64,000 bases of DNA, taken from Octopus vulgaris (lineage: Eukaryota). Below, piece by piece: positions 24,520 through 36,575 of the stretch (position 1 is the stretch's first letter; the number at the start of each line of letters is the position of its first letter). Location: positions 36,952,001 to 37,016,000 of the forward strand of contig OX597831.1 in NCBI GenBank assembly GCA_951406725.2, given 5' to 3'. The position numbers were made by a program, and so were the translations under genes. The notes beneath the pieces were generated by a model that had not been told where the DNA came from, did not search any database, and saw only the letters and a program-made list of their open reading frames with translations.

Positions 24520-24912
24520 ATGGAAGGTGTTCTTCCATCACGATAATGCTCAGCCACATACAGTGAAGATGACATTCGAAAGGCTGGAGCAGTTTGAATG
24601 GGAAACGATGCTCTAATCCACCATATTCGCCAGTCATTGCCCCATCGGATTATCAGTTATTTCGTGGTCTTCAAAATCGTTGGGATGGAAAAAATATGAA
24701 TTCTGTAGACGAGGTCAGAACAGTCCTAGAGGCATATGTTTTGTCACAGACAAGTGAATTTTGGAAGAGGGCCTTGCAAGTCTACCAGATAGTTGGAAGA
24801 GCATTGTAGAAAAAAAAAGGAGAGTCTATTTTGAATTAAAAAAAGTACTTTGTTTATCTCAATTATGAAAAATAAAGTTTAAAGAAACCACATTATTCAT
24901 GGGATGACCCAG
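24520..24912 (+). mobile_element. Mariner 3' fragment (same family as 16751-17990)
   Basis: FHHDNAQPH, PPYSPVIAPSDY; right TIR accacattattcatgggatgacccag followed by TA. Confidence 0.88.
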
Positions 24913-24929
24913 TATATATATTCTTTTTT

Positions 24930-25145
24930 TTTCTTTTATTCTTTTACTTGTTTCAGTCATTTGACTGCGGCCATGCTGGAGCACTGCCTTTAGTCGAGCA
25001 AATCGACCCCAGGACTTATTCTTTGTAAGCCCAGTACTTATTCTATCGGTCTCTTTTGCCGAACCGCTAAGTGACGGGGACGTAAACACACCAGCATCGG
25101 TTGTCAAGCAATGCTAGAGGGACAAACACAGACATAGAAACACAC

Positions 25146-25185
<40 letters not shown>

Positions 25186-25356
25186 ATATATACGACAGGC
25201 TTCTTTCAGTTTCCGTCTACCAAATCCACTCACAAGGCATTGGTCGGCCCGGGGCTATAGCAGAAGACACTTGCCCAAGATGTCACGCAGTGGGACTGAA
25301 CCTGGAACCATGTGGTTGGTTAGCAAGCTACTTACCACACAGCCACTCCTGCGCCT
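24930..25356 (-). mobile_element. tRNA-derived SINE (CORE-like family), young full-length
   Basis: Complete head aggcgcaggagtggctgtgtggtaag on the minus strand. Confidence 0.9.
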
Positions 25357-25766
25357 ATGTATATATGTATATATAAACACACAGTCATATTGATATAGAC
25401 AATCTATTTCTGAACATTTTCTGATGATGTTTGGCAATTAAATTGATTGAAACAGAATAAATAGATATAAATATAAAAATAAAAAAGCAGAAAGCTAACA
25501 AATCAACAAACAACAATTATTCATTTCCAGAGATGAAGATGATATTCCAAAAAATTTCTTATCTCATTAAAAACTAATTTCATTGACATTTAATTATTTG
25601 ATAAACAAATAAATGCAGAAATTGTCTGAAAGAATTTATGAGTAGTTAGTAACTTGGATCTCTTGTCTCACATTGTTCTTGTTTTTATTGTTGCTATTGT
25701 TGTTGTTGTTTAATCTAAGGTAGTCATGAATGATCAAATCCATAATTAAGAAGTATTCCAGTAATT

Positions 25767-26074
25767 CTTCTTTCTTTGCCCTTTTCAAGCATAGCCAGGC
25801 TCATGGGCCCGGTTTCCCAGTTTCTGTGGCGTATGTGTTCCCCCCCAGCTGGACGGGATGCCAGTCCATTGCAGCATTACTCAAGAAACAGGAACAGAGA
25901 AAGTTGGAGCAAAAGAGTACAACAGGGGTCGCCAACCCCTTCCCCTGCCAGAGCCTTGTGGAGCTTTAGGTGTTTTCACTCAATAAACACACACAACGCC
26001 CAGTCTGGGAATCGAAACCATGTTCCTCCAACCATGAGTCTGATGCTCTAACCACTGGGTCATTGTGCCTCCAC
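25767..26074 (-). mobile_element. tRNA-derived SINE with 12-bp TSD
   Basis: TSD attccagtaatt at 25755-25766 and 26075-26086. Confidence 0.9.
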
Positions 26075-26960
26075 ATTCCAGTAATTACTATCTTATTTTG
26101 TAGGAGTATCAAAATAACAGGATTGGGTGTATCATTCTTTCTTTAAGACTGTAGGATTTGATGTGAACAGATTTATCACTGCCATTTCAAACAGGACAAA
26201 CATGAATGTAAAGACTTCTTTGTTGACCTGTTGCTGTTGATCCCAGCTTGACCATTGCTTAATCCTTTAGCCATCAGATAGCTATATTAAATGTAATGCT
26301 ATAACAGCAGCTCCCAATGACCTGTTGAGTTCAGAATTTATTGAAGATAGTCATTCCTTAAATGAAATCAAACTTTAGAACGTTCTGCCCATCCTTAACA
26401 TCTGCTGAATGAATAGCAAATTAAATCCAGCACAATCACACACACACCTCCATCCCCATATAACTACCAATCCTTCTTCTATTACCACAACCTTTCCCTC
26501 CTTCCCACCAAATACGCACTGAAATACCCACTTAACTCACATGATCTTCATACTGGTAGAAAAGGATAAATATCCCTTTGTGGTACATCCACTAGTGTTA
26601 TATCACCTGAAGATATGAATAAATGATGATGATGAACCGGACACTCCTGGATACAATGGACTACACTGTAATCATCTGAGGAATATGGAGTGTGATATTA
26701 AGAGTGATGTGATTTTTAGAAACACGTGTAGTGATGCATTAAATGGCCAGTCAAGTGGTACTGGCATCGGCCATGCTCAAATGGTGCTTTTTACGTGCCA
26801 CCTTCACAGGAGCCATACATGCATACATACACAAGTCTATAGCAGAAGACACTTGTCCAAGGTGCCACACAGTGGGACTGAACCTGGTACCATGTGGTTG
26901 GGAGCCAACTTCTTCCATGACAGCAACACCTGCTAGTATGTACATTGATGTTATTTACTA

Positions 26961-27160
26961 CTAGCAGTATCGCCCAGCGTTGCTCAGGTTTGTAAGGGAA
27001 ATAACTATAAAGCATTTTTAGAGTTATAGCCAAAAAATAGCAAAAAAATGGAAAAAATGATGGTAATTTTTTTTAGTTAAAAAAGGTGGACCATCGACCC
27101 CATGTGGTTGGGGGAAGCCAACTCAGAATCGGTTAAAAGCCCCTACAAGCAAACAGACAC
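26961..27160 (-). mobile_element. Truncated non-autonomous Helitron flanked by a 41-bp direct repeat
   Basis: ctagcagtatcgcccagcgttgctcaggtttgtaagggaaataactata is the reverse complement of the 3' end of 46352-46747. Repeat at 26920-26960 and 27161-27201. Confidence 0.75.
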
Positions 27161-28993
27161 ACAGCAACACCTGCTAGTATGTACATTGATGTTATTTACT
27201 ATTACATGAGTCCTCAGTCATGATTGAACTGACTAATGATTGAAGATATTCCAGCCATGATCATCTACCTTTAATTTGTGTATCACGGAATAAACATTTT
27301 CGTGCATCTCTCTTTTTTTGGGACAGTAGGATGTTCTTCAAAAGGATACGGATGTTTGGCTGGAAACCAGATATTTCAAACTGGTTGAATGACCATGTAA
27401 AGGTACCCTCATTGATCTCGTGTCTATATTTTATCTGATCGATACGTGTTAATGATGTGTTTTTATAGGATTGCACATGAATGTGCAGTAAAAATACTGC
27501 AGGTTGGGATTCGTTCAACAGAAAACGAGATGAGATAAACAGATGTGAAACCGACGATAATGATTACTATGGAACGAGGAAGATATCCAAGGTGAGGAAA
27601 CGGTAGTGGAAGTAGGAGGAGGAGTGGGAGCTAAAAGAAAGAGGAATATGATAAGGCCTTCAGAAGTAACAACTACAGCAACAACAACAAATCTTTATTA
27701 TATATTCTCTTCGCTCCCCAAACATGCTTAAGATGTGACAAAGAAGACCGGACAAGTCTTTCATTACCATATCATATTGTAAAAGCTTATACTTTGGAAA
27801 TAACAGCATTTTAAGACAGAAAATATTTTATATTATTCGTTCATCCAGCAACATTTTGTTAAGGGAGCTGGAAACACCTCCCTTCTTCTAAAACAATCAA
27901 TAATAGACTGGAATAACAGAATTCATCCTTTTATTTAACCCCTTTTGTAGTGTTGTTATTTGCTATTAATATTGTGCTGTTGTTATTTGTGGTGTCGGTG
28001 AGGGTTGTGGTGTTGGTGAGGGTTGTGGTGGTTGTGGTGGTGGTGGTGACTGTGGTGGTGATGTTTTTAGCAGTGCTGTTTATAAAAGTTTTGCAAATTG
28101 GTAATTTGATAGGAAATCATCCTTTGGATGAGGGATACAACTAATGTTAATGTATTGGATCTGATATTGAAAGGGGAGTCCAGCCCATAAAAAATAAAAA
28201 AAATAAAAAACCCCTTCATTCTTTGCATCAAAAGGATCTAGAAATAACAACTCCTTACAAAAAACCCCACCAAAAATCAAAGAAAAAAAAAACTAACCTC
28301 GAACACAACCAAGGTAAAATAGATACGCATACAAAAGAGAGATATTGTTCCCTATCTGATACATAAAACTCAGTGATCTGATGCTTAAGGTTTCCCGGAG
28401 TAATTTACCTTACGAACGCATATATCACACACACACACACACATGTGCATGCCCACACATATGTATAGATATGCATTTACTGATGCACACACATATATCT
28501 TTTTACACACACACACAAACGCATATAAATGTACATACATAAATGCACAGACACATGATTCAATCTATACGTGCACGCAAATTTATATGTATGTGAATAT
28601 AGGTGTGTGTGTGTGTGTGCATATGTAACTATATATCTGCATGTATATATGTTTATATATAAGTTTATTCACACACACACGCGTGCGCACGCACACACAC
28701 ACACGCACACACACACACACACACGTGCACGCACACACACATGCACACACACACACACACACACACACCCACTTATATATATATATAGAGAGAGAGAGAG
28801 CGATAGATTGATATATATATATATATCTACATATTTATATACATATGTTCCTAAATATATATGTATATGCATATGTGTGTGTTTGTATATATATACATAT
28901 ATATATATGTATATATATGTATATATATATATGTGTGCGTGTATGTGTGGGTGTATACTAGTATCTATCTTTGACTGTCTGTCTATTGGTCTA

Positions 28994-29046
<53 letters not shown>

Positions 29047-29401
29047 TCATCATCATCATCATCGTTTAGCGTCCGCTTTCCATGCTAGCATGGGTTGGAC
29101 GGGTCAACTGGGGTCTGTGAAGCTGGAAGGCTTCATCAGGCCCAGTCAGATCTGGCAGTGTTTCTACGGCTGGATGCCCTTCCTAACGCCAACCACTCCG
29201 CGAGTGTAGTGGGTGTTTTTTACGTGCCAATATATATATATTGTTGTGTCTGTGGAGAGTCATTCTCTTTTAGTGCCTTATTATTTAACTCACTCACAGG
29301 TAAAGTTTCCACTCATTTATTTACTTTTGCTCAAATTTTCGTTGCATTTTTTAATTAATAATAATATCTAAACACACACACACACACACACACACATATT
29401 T

Positions 29402-29437
<36 letters not shown>

Positions 29438-29498
29438 CACACACACACACACATACATATACATATATATATATAAATTATTGGTGAAGGCTGGTTTC

Positions 29499-29541
29499 TA
29501 GGGTTACCCTGGGTTTCTTCATGGTGTATCTTCAGACCCTA
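29499..29541 (-). ncRNA. Minimal hammerhead motif
   Basis: tagggt-CTGAAGA-tacaccatgaa-GAAAC-ccagg-GTA-acccta: perfect 6-bp stem I, weak stem II. Confidence 0.65.
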
Positions 29542-29562
29542 AGACTTGTTGGCCTTGGTCTC

Positions 29563-29620
29563 AGGGTCTGAAGACATGCCATAAAGGCACCCTTTATGGC
29601 AAGAAATCCAAAGTAACCTT
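29563..29620 (+). ncRNA. Hammerhead motif with 11-bp stem II
   Basis: agggt-CTGAAGA-ca-tgccataaagg-cac-cctttatggca-a-GAAAT-ccaaa-GTA-acctt. Confidence 0.6.
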
Positions 29621-29713
29621 AGAAGCCAGCCTTCATCAGTAATAAATATAGACTGCTCTACTTCTTAGAGTGTGCTTCTTATTTGGATCTGTTTTTCTAA
29701 AAAATAATGATTG

Positions 29714-29744
<31 letters not shown>

Positions 29745-29749
29745 CTGAT

Positions 29750-30240
29750 CTTGATTATTGGGACTTTCATAAAGCCTTGAAACTCTACCCCCTCTAACAC
29801 TGCCAGCTTGAGCAGTACATCATTTGTACGATGTGGAGAATATACCACCAGCATTGCCCAAACGACCTGAACATTAGTTTCAAGGTTCATCCAAGGCTGG
29901 GACCACGGGCCATACGTTCCCTGCCCAATTCAGTATCACAGCTTATAGCTACACTGTGACACAATTTCTTTTCCTCAACAGGCCCTGTCCTGTTTAACAT
30001 TGTCCCGAAAGAGATCAAAGAGGAAAAGCATCCCATCACCTTTAAACAGAGTCTGGACAGATTTCTTCAAGGAATACTGGATAAGCCACCCATAGCTGGA
30101 TACATCTCACTCAACAAGAACTCACTACTTAAATGGACCATAAACAAAACTTGACTTAAACAGGATTTAGATAATCCTATGAGGTGGTGCTATTAAGTTT
30201 GACATGGCCTGGACCAATCTGTGGTGGAAACATATCTAAG
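29750..30240 (+). pseudogene. CR1-group LINE ORF2 C-terminus and 3' UTR
   Basis: Manual translation: KALKLYPL*..YIICTMWRI..HPRLG..NFFSSTGPVLFNIVPKEIK..FKQSLDRFLQGILDKPPIAGY..NSLLKW. Confidence 0.75.
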
Positions 30241-30250
30241 TTTTATATAT

Positions 30251-30668
30251 AGGTGCAGGAGTGGCTGTGTAGTAAGTAGCTTGCTAATCAACCACATGGT
30301 TCCGGGTTCAGTCCCACTGTGTGGCACATTGGGCAAGTGTCTTCTACTATAGCCTTGGGCTGACCAAAAGCCTTGTGAGTGGACTTGGTAGACGCAAGCT
30401 GAAAGAAGCACGTCGTATATATACATGTGTATGTGTGTGTGTGTTTGTGTGTGTGTGTGTTTGTGTGTATGTTTGTGTTTCTGTGTTTGTCCCCCTAACA
30501 TTGCTTGACAACCGATGCTGGTGTGTTTATGTCCCTGTAACTTAGCGGTTCGGCAAAAGAGACCAATAGAATAAGTACAGGGCTTACAAAGAATAAGTCC
30601 TGGGGTCGATCTGCTTGACTAAAGGCGGTACTCCAGCATAGCTGCAGTCAAATGACTGAAACGAGTAA
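30251..30668 (+). mobile_element. tRNA-derived SINE (CORE-like family)
   Basis: A box tggctgtgtag, B-box-like ggttcagtccc, CORE-like ttgggcaagtgtc, internal (GT)n. Confidence 0.88.
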
Positions 30669-31049
30669 TTTTCATTATAATTATTTTAACTAATAAAATC
30701 TAATATAAGCACAAGGCCAGCAATTTTAGCAATTTTAGAGGTATCAGGGTCGGATGATTGTCTTAAATTCCAGTACTTGATAGGTATGTTAAATCCTCTC
30801 CTGATGATCGACAGATAAAATTGATCTCAGCTGGATTCGAAATCAGTGTATAAAGCCTGGGAAAATTATTGCAAAGTATTTTGTCTGATGCTCTAAAAAT
30901 TCTCCAAATTCACTGCTTTATAAATTTTTCATGCCAACTTGTCAACTTCTCAGTTTGGTCTATGATCTGTTAGAAATAGCAGCCAGATCTTTCTTTAACT
31001 ACACCCAGCCTTCTTGGAAAGTAGTGACACATGGCTTAATGTAATTCTT

Positions 31050-31550
31050 GATAGGAAATGCTTAAGAGAAAGATTGGGTTGGGTGGTGATGAATCAAACA
31101 GCTTTTTATCATAGATTATCTTGATTAGGACTGAAAATTACAGGATAAACTGCTATAATACAAACATTGAGGGATTTGGGGCTAAAAGTCCAACAACAAC
31201 AACAAAAATACAACACTGAAAGAAGGATGGGATGGGCGGCCTTTAAGAATGGAAGACCTTTGATCATAAGTTTGTTGTACAGATCTGAATTAGTTACTAT
31301 CTAAAGCTCTCCCCCACCACCGCCACTCCCCAAAATACTGAAGGAAGGATGGATGTAGGGGTCTCTATGAAAGATGACCTTCTATCATAGTTCTGCTTGA
31401 TTATGGTTGAATTAGGGTCAAAACCCCACAAGCAACAATAACAGCAGCGCTGAAGAAATTGAGATTGTTTATGAAAGAAGACCTTTGGTCATAGTTTTGA
31501 TTGATCAGGAATAAATTCGGGTTTAAACTACAACAATAACACAAAATCAA
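31050..31550 (+). repeat. Degenerate tandem array of about 110-140 bp units
   Basis: About four recurrences of gacctttgatcatag..ttgat..ctgaattagggt..aaa..caacaacaa. Confidence 0.55.
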
Positions 31551-32067
31551 AACTACTGAGTGACATAAAGCTGGATCTCGTCTACCTTGAAAACAACAAC
31601 AAAAACAGCTACAAAGTCTTTTGTTTTAGAGAATGTTTACATTTCTGAATGTGTTTCTTCTAAATTTTTTCAGCTATGATTTCATGATTTATCTGTTTAC
31701 TTCTAGTAAATCCTGTGACACTTGAAGACAGAATCACCCCTTACTGGATGATCATGTTTTGAAATCAAAACTCCTTAATCCAGCAAGAGTGGATTGTAAT
31801 ATTTTAATATTGAAACGCTAATCCGCCTTTACTGGATTGCGATGTTTTGAAATCAAAGCATTTGCTGGATTGTGAATTTTGATATTATAGCTCTGCAGTC
31901 CAACCTCACTGGATTATGGTGTCTTGGTATCTTCAAAAGATTTAAATGGTCAGAAATTTAAAAGGAGCAAGAATGGAAGTGTTATGATGTTCATACATTT
32001 CCTGAAGCAACAGACAACTTTCATTCAAGTCTACAGCATTCAAATTCATAATAAACTAAAGTGTAGG

Positions 32068-32371
32068 AATGCCCATGGGCATATGGTGTAGTGGTTAAGA
32101 GTGCAGGTCACTAACTCCAAGATTCCGACTTCAATTCCAAGCAGTGACATGAATAATAATGATAATAATACTCTTTACTTGTTTCAGTCATTTGGCTGCA
32201 GCCATGCTGGAGCACCGCCTTTTAGTCGAGCAAATTGACACCAGGACTTATTCTTTGTGAGCCTAGTACTTATTCTATCAGTCTATTTTGCCGAACCGCT
32301 AGGTTATGGGAACATAAACACACCACCATTGGTTGTCAAGCGATGTTGGGGGGACAAAAACAGACACACAA

Positions 32372-32408
<37 letters not shown>

Positions 32409-32733
32409 CATATATACGACGGGCTTTCTTCAGTTTCCAGCTACCAAATCCACTCACAAGGCTTTGGTCAGCCTGAGGCTATAATAGAAGACACTTGCCA
32501 AGGTGCCACGCAGTGGGACTGAACTCGGAACCGTGTGGTTGGTAAGTCACACAGCCACTCCTGTGCCTAATAATAATAATAGCATCAAAAAATACCTTAG
32601 GAATGGGAACCCAGGTTCAAAATTTCCCCAAGACACTTAATGAAGGCTGGAGTGTATATCAGCCGAAACATTGTGTTAACAACAAACAAGATGAGGAGAA
32701 ATATCTGTCAAATGTGATAATGTAAATAACGTA
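32068..32733 (+). mobile_element. Hammerhead-SINE copy interrupted by a CORE-like SINE (32170-32568, minus strand)
   Basis: Head atgcccatgggcatatggtgtagtggttaagag; decayed core TTAATGA..ggctg/cagcc-GAAAC-ATT-gtgtt at about 32632-32677. Confidence 0.8.
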
Positions 32734-33093
32734 TTGTTTTTATTATTTTCATTTCATTCTGTCCTAGTTGAAATGAAATACAAATTATTATGTACTTCTG
32801 TTTTCTTATCTCTCCTGTTAGTCTTTTTTTATTGGACGAGAGCTAGAAGTTGTTAGTTTAATTCTAATAAGTTTGAAGTTACTTTCACATTATAGAGGAA
32901 GAGTCTATCAGCATTAATATCTCTTAGAAGCTGACAAATGTATATTGTCTGTTATAGGGAACCCCCATTAATATATATTTGCTTCTCAGAGCTACAGTGT
33001 ATGTTAAGTATCATTAAAGTGCCTAAATTTCATTTGTGTTTGAAATTTTGTTTATCCTTTTTGTTTTATAATTTTGTATTTTGTGAGTGTGAG

Positions 33094-33124
<31 letters not shown>

Positions 33125-35974
33125 GAAAGTGTGTGTGTGTGTGTGTGTATGTGTGAGTGTTTATGTATATTTTAATTTAATTTGTGCCGGTGTATTTTCC
33201 GTTTTAGTCCTGCTAACTGAGAAAATACATTTAAATTAATGCTTCACTATGAAATTTGTTAATATAGTTTAGAAAACAAGCAATAAATAAATAAATGAGA
33301 AGAAAAAGCCTTACAGAAACCCCCCCCCCCCAAAAAAAAAAAAAATACTTCAGAAAAGGAAAAAAAAAAAACCTACAAATAAAAGAAGAAAGACACAGCA
33401 GATAACAACAATACATAATTGAATGTAGAATATGGTTTTTGAGAAGGTAATAATGCTTGCAAATAATTGCTACTTTAACATTTATAGCTTTTTCAAACAT
33501 CTTGTCAAACATTCCAACTTCCATATTATAGCATGTAGTTCTTTTTTTGTTTCTTTATTTTGTAGCTTATTGTTTATCTGTTCTTCTTCATCATATTTGT
33601 TGCCATCAAGGCGGCTTAACTGGTACAGATGCCAACTTGATGTATAGGATAATAATTTACTGCCAGAGCCAACCCGGCCTTCAATACTTCATTCATATTC
33701 ATATTCATGCCAGTTTTGTTGTTGTTGTTGCTGTTGTTGCTGTTCTTGTTTAGCCCTTGGTGAACTATGGTCGAGCTGACCCTATGATTAAAGGCTTTTC
33801 AAATTTTGATCATAGGGCAAACGAAGTCTTTTGGGATCTGATTATTTCTTCAGACAGCATATCGCGGAATAAATAATCTTTGATTTTGAATAGAATAAGA
33901 TGTGAATAGGAGAGTAATTTTGCTGCTTAGTTTAGCAGGAAAAGTAACTATGTGATGACTATCCTGTTGGCACATCATATAGAAGATAGTTAAATTTATG
34001 GATTTGCAGTTATTTAGCAAAAAAATTGATTTGTAGGTGTCAGTGTTAAAACTAATAAATAAATATGATAAATGATTAAGTGCAAACCTGGATAACCCAG
34101 AGTTCAAATAAGAACTTACCCACACTCTTTGTTCTGTTTTGACATACTTTGTGTCTTGGTATAGCAGCAATTTGAACCCCAACCACAAGGTATTCAGTTA
34201 GAGATCACAAATGAGCCACCACATTTTCACGTGATTGATCAACTAAACTGCACGAAACTGTGGCATAATATGGCCCCCTCGGATGATCTAATATTTGCCC
34301 CCTTTTCACCCTATAGGAACAGATTGGTGCCAAACTCAAGCAGACTGCTAAGACAGATGATTTCAGGCCTTCGTGCAAACATCCTTGAATACTCACCGAA
34401 GGCAGACTTCTAAGACCCGACCACTTCGAGCAAGAAACAATTTCAGTCACTCACACACGATGAACCACAACTAGCCTTCTATAGGCATATTACTGTTCTC
34501 TCCACCCTGGGGACGCTTATATTATCAGCATCTTTCTTTTGTAATGCAGTAAATCATGTCCAACAATGAATATGTTAAAAGTTAAAAGATCGTAAGTTGC
34601 TTGTTTTATTACTATACACACAGCTAACTAGACTACACGACGATATTCTTCAACAAACACACACCAACAAGCAAACCCTGCGACGTCGGTGAGAAAGCAA
34701 TATAGTCATAGTTTCTTGGGTAACCGCTATAAAACTGCATCATCACTACATTTGTTTATTTCCAGCTTCTCTCCTACAACGTCAATAACCGTGTAAGTCC
34801 TCTCCTCCCTTCTACAATTTGAGCAGCCGTATAGCTCCTCTACAACAAGAAACGGTTTCTGGTGCCTTCTTTCATACATTAACCACTCAGTCGAAGAGGA
34901 TCTTCGTCTTGTAAGCTGCATGGTGACCTCACTAGTGGTAGCACCACAAGGGAAAGAAAAACGAAAGAAACTAAAACGCACACAGTATATGCTGTAAAGC
35001 GTTTGGTGTTAGGAAGGGCATCCCGCACTAAACCTGCACAGAAACAAGTTAAAGCAGACACAGTCTTCGTCCCCGCCGGATACTGTCAAACCTTCCAACT
35101 CATGCCGGCATGAAGCATAAATGTTAAATGATGATGGTTATATATATATTTTATATTGACAGTGAAAGGTTTTATGTGGAGTTCGACCTTTTCACGTATC
35201 CAAATGATATTTTAAACCAAATTTTGAACAGGTGTGTGTGTGTGTCAGTGTGTGTGTGTGTGTGGGCACGTATGCATATTTGTATTGTGTAAGTGAAACT
35301 TTAATTACGTATGTTGACAAAGGATATAAATATCATGAAGTAAACAGAAAGGAAATGATGTTCTTCGAATGTGTAGCGAAGATTCGAAATCGAATCCCTG
35401 GATACGCGGTCAGACATCACGAATAAACTACAATTGTTTCACGTGATCGGTTTATTAAGCAACCGATCAGCTTCAAGCCATTGCGTAATTCAATCTTCCA
35501 GAATCTTCTGGTCTCCTATAAAAAGACGCGACACTTTTGGCAGTAATTAATTATAGAATGTTGGAGAAACTGAGCGTTATGTGTCCGTTCTTCTCACACT
35601 ATATTAGGCGCATTTCTAACAGCGAGACGACCCAGGCGGCTTAGACTGATGGCGAAGATAAATGACAAGAACATCCGTTGCTACGAACGTAGCATAATTG
35701 TTTCCAGTTTTGTTGGGTATGTTACATGTTGCTTTATCAATAGCTAACCTTAAACTCTAAGCAGTATCTCACTCTCATATGTATTATTGCTGTTGTAATC
35801 TGTAAAATGTCAATGCAGTTGTCTTTATGTACTATAACAAAATCTGTTAGATGTTCGCATGTGTTGATTAGTTACTTCTACACGCAGCCCAAGAAACATA
35901 TTTCCATTCATCGACTCAACCAGCTGCCACACCAGCCAGCAACAAAAAACAGCAGCCTAGAATTGCAACAAACA

Positions 35975-36515
35975 GCACCCTAATAGCAGCTGGCAAGATT
36001 TTGACGGTGATTTGGATGCCGGGCCATTGTAACCTCCGCGGCAATGAACTTGCAGATATGCAGGCGAAACGTGGCTCGGCGCTGCCACAACCGGATGCCG
36101 CCATCGATACAACCATTCGTCAGGCGGTTATTCGTCGAACGTTCCAACCAGCGTCAATTCAACATCCCCCTCCGAAGGAAGTCTTCACAAAGAAACCTGA
36201 TAAAAAAACCGAAGCAGCCCTCTTGAAGGCAGACTTCAAAGACATGATACGCTTCCGTAGTGGTCATCATCCGGCACTCAGGCAGTGGCAAAAGATGGCA
36301 GGACGCAGCGACACAGACCAATGCAGACTCTGTAACGAGGAGGTGGAATCTGCAGAACATCTCTGGCTGAGATGTCCGGCCCTGATGATGGAACGCTATA
36401 TCCGCCAGCTAGGGGCTACAATGGATGAGATGATTCGTCTCCCTTCCGCGGCTCTAGCACTTCTGAGAGTTATCCTCAGACGCTTGAGGTGACCACCACC
36501 ACCACCACCACCACC

Positions 36516-36574
<59 letters not shown>

Positions 36575-36575
36575 A
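35975..36575 (+). mobile_element. 5'-truncated non-LTR retrotransposon 3' end (I-group-like) with (CCA)n(CAA)n tail
   Basis: The ORF stop at 36492 is followed immediately by the simple-repeat tail. Confidence 0.85.
36001..36492 (+). pseudogene. RNase H C-terminus plus CCHC zinc knuckle of LINE ORF2
   Basis: WMPGHCNLRGNELADMQAK (RNase H), RFRSGH, CRLC..ESAEHLWLRCP. Confidence 0.9.

Larger units (their letters stand above)
29478..29642. mobile_element. Small fold-back element with a hammerhead in each arm
   Basis: Arms 29478-29546 and 29558-29642. Confidence 0.75.

Noticed and set aside
31050-31930. CRISPR-like repeat-spacer array
   Set aside because: Repeats are degenerate and unevenly spaced, the context is eukaryotic, and there are no cas genes.
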